NCBI GenBank assembly: GCA_048940925.1
Contig: JBHLOC010000050.1
Coordinates: 4,447-33,779 of the forward strand
Direction: 5' to 3'
Origin: Promethearchaeota archaeon
GTDB lineage: Archaea > Asgardarchaeota > Lokiarchaeia > Sigyniarchaeales > SOKP01
DNA: 29,333 bases
Positions 27,948 to 29,333 of the stretch are shown here, one piece after another (the first letter of the stretch is position 1; the number at the start of each line of letters is the position of its first letter). The position numbers and the translations under genes are program-made. Under the pieces are notes generated by a model that made no database searches, had not been told where the DNA came from, and saw only the letters and a program-made list of their open reading frames with translations.

Positions 27948-28501
27948 ATTTTAGTGAGAATGAATTATTTGGTGCCGCTTTAATTGGATTTGATATGATA
28001 GATGGACCATTTCTCAAATGGAAAAAAGAATATAATAATACCAAAGTTGGTGTAAATTTAGATGATTTCGCTATGAATTTTTATTTAGCATTTCGAGGTG
28101 GTAACCAAGGCTCTAAAAAACCACGAGCAATATTATATGACAAATTCTATATTGTGGCGTTTCCACAAGACTTAGAATTATGTTGCCTTTTCATGAAACC
28201 ACATGGAATTGATGAAAGTATTAAACAATTGAATCAAATTGCATCAAGAATTATCACAGAAATGGATAATGAAGAAATAGAGGCTAAAGAAACTGAGGAT
28301 TCTGATGTAGATACTGTGGAAGAAATTATGCGATTAATTCCAAATTTATTAAGTGAAACCAAGATGACTACTCCAGAATTAAGGCGATATTTTAAGCTAA
28401 GTAATTCTCAAATTTGGAAAATTATGTCAGAATTGGAAAATTCACAAAAAATCAAGAGAGCAGGAAAAAAAGGACGCTCCGTTTCTTGGACAGCTTGTTA
28501 A
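27944..28501 (+). CDS. Longin/uDENN-like domain + acidic linker + winged helix-turn-helix
   Basis: N-terminal AALIGFDMIDGPFLKW (FDxxxGP beta hairpin); linker DNEEIEAKETEDSDVD; C-terminal MTTPELRRYFKLSNSQIWKIMSELENSQKIKR...W. ATGA overlap with the GTPase gene. Confidence 0.65.
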   Translation: MNFSENELFGAALIGFDMIDGPFLKWKKEYNNTKVGVNLDDFAMNFYLAFRGGNQGSKKPRAILYDKFYIVAFPQDLELCCLFMKPHGIDESIKQLNQIASRIITEMDNEEIEAKETEDSDVDTVEEIMRLIPNLLSETKMTTPELRRYFKLSNSQIWKIMSELENSQKIKRAGKKGRSVSWTAC

Positions 28502-28521
28502 AATAAATTTTATTTCTTTTT

Positions 28522-29331
28522 TTATCTTGTTCTATGAACCCAGTTTTTTAATTTTGTGAAGTATCGTGAAAACATAATATAACAGATATCAGGTAATTCC
28601 TTATCAAGATTATTCACTGTGATGTATCGGAGTATATGGTTAATTAAGAAAATCCCAATCAATTCTATATGATAGCTATTTATATTTTTAATTAAATTCT
28701 CCCCTGAGAATATAATATCTAAACCCGCACCTTTATGCCAAATAGTTTCTATAAAAATCTTCGGAAATACCTCTTTTTTTATTCTCCATCCTTCAGTAAG
28801 TTTCCATACTTTAGCTCCTAGAAAGGTCTCAAGATTTTCTTTATCCTCCTCTTTTAATAATTCGAAAGGTTTTGCCCTCTGTAATAGTACTTTTTTCATT
28901 AAATCAGATTTAGAATCATAACTCTGTTCAAATAGATCTTGGGTTTTCAATTTTCTTTCAATTAAATTCATTACTATATCAATATAAGTAGCACTATCTT
29001 CACCTGGAACCCAAGTAACCCTTTCTCCTGAAAAATAAAATTTAAATTCAGCTTCAATGTCATCTCCAAATTCATTACCAAAATAAGAGTAAGCCATATG
29101 AATATTTACTTCAGGAAACATATCAATAGTTATTGTCCAGTCTTCACTGAACCCAATGTTTTCAATCCTAGCTCCAAGATTTTCCTCAATAATTTGTTTT
29201 AATCGCTTTATATCAATTCCTGTAAATAGAGGAATTTTAGCATTACTAATATCTTCAAGCTCTTTTTCATGTGGTCCTCGGACACCAGTAGCATCAATCT
29301 GTCCTATTGTCCAATATTTTCTTTTTGACAT
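28522..29331 (-). CDS. Hypothetical protein with internal duplication (DUF3786-like fold)
   Basis: Halves align: LGARI...W.I..DMFPEVNI...FYFSGE and LGAKV...W.I..EVFPKIFI...IIFSGE. Start is at the window edge. Confidence 0.6.
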   Translation of the reverse strand: MSKRKYWTIGQIDATGVRGPHEKELEDISNAKIPLFTGIDIKRLKQIIEENLGARIENIGFSEDWTITIDMFPEVNIHMAYSYFGNEFGDDIEAEFKFYFSGERVTWVPGEDSATYIDIVMNLIERKLKTQDLFEQSYDSKSDLMKKVLLQRAKPFELLKEEDKENLETFLGAKVWKLTEGWRIKKEVFPKIFIETIWHKGAGLDIIFSGENLIKNINSYHIELIGIFLINHILRYITVNNLDKELPDICYIMFSRYFTKLKNWVHRTR

Positions 29332-29333
29332 AA

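Noticed and set aside
28310-28501. C-terminal wHTH as a Z-alpha (Z-DNA binding) domain
   Set aside because: It has a wing Trp but lacks the N...Y recognition helix and the PP before the Trp.
1-29333. CRISPR array, tRNA/rRNA, IS element or integrase
   Set aside because: No regularly spaced repeats, GC-rich RNA-like segments, or transposase/recombinase motifs were seen by eye.

Overview
Very AT-rich archaeal DNA. The gene content (two small Ras-superfamily GTPases, a longin/uDENN-like protein, a PAC2 proteasome chaperone, DUF2070, a SNAP-like solenoid, a stand-alone 7TM protein) points to an Asgard archaeon, most likely Lokiarchaeia/Promethearchaeota; this is inferred from content only. About 27 intact CDSs and three apparent gene remnants were found, with no rRNA, tRNA, CRISPR array or transposase. 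Bases 1-11034 form a redox/cofactor block: MenA/UbiA-like prenyltransferase, flavin monooxygenase, rubredoxin-membrane fusion, a stand-alone cytochrome bd subunit I-like protein without the quinol-binding motif, a SAM methyltransferase, a His-rich tandem-USP/PCP_red fusion coupled to an ABC-2 system, and a split-barrel protein. The middle holds a SNAP-like repeat protein, a racemase, an MFS transporter with a large helical tail, a ubiquitin-like protein lacking GG, a nucleotidyltransferase, FadH, PAC2 and DUF2070. The right end has a Rab-like GTPase and an Arf-like GTPase translationally coupled to a longin-plus-winged-helix protein. The best candidates for an undescribed system are that GTPase/longin-wHTH operon and the CydA-like/USP/quinone block. 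All family calls come from motif recognition by eye; no searches were run.
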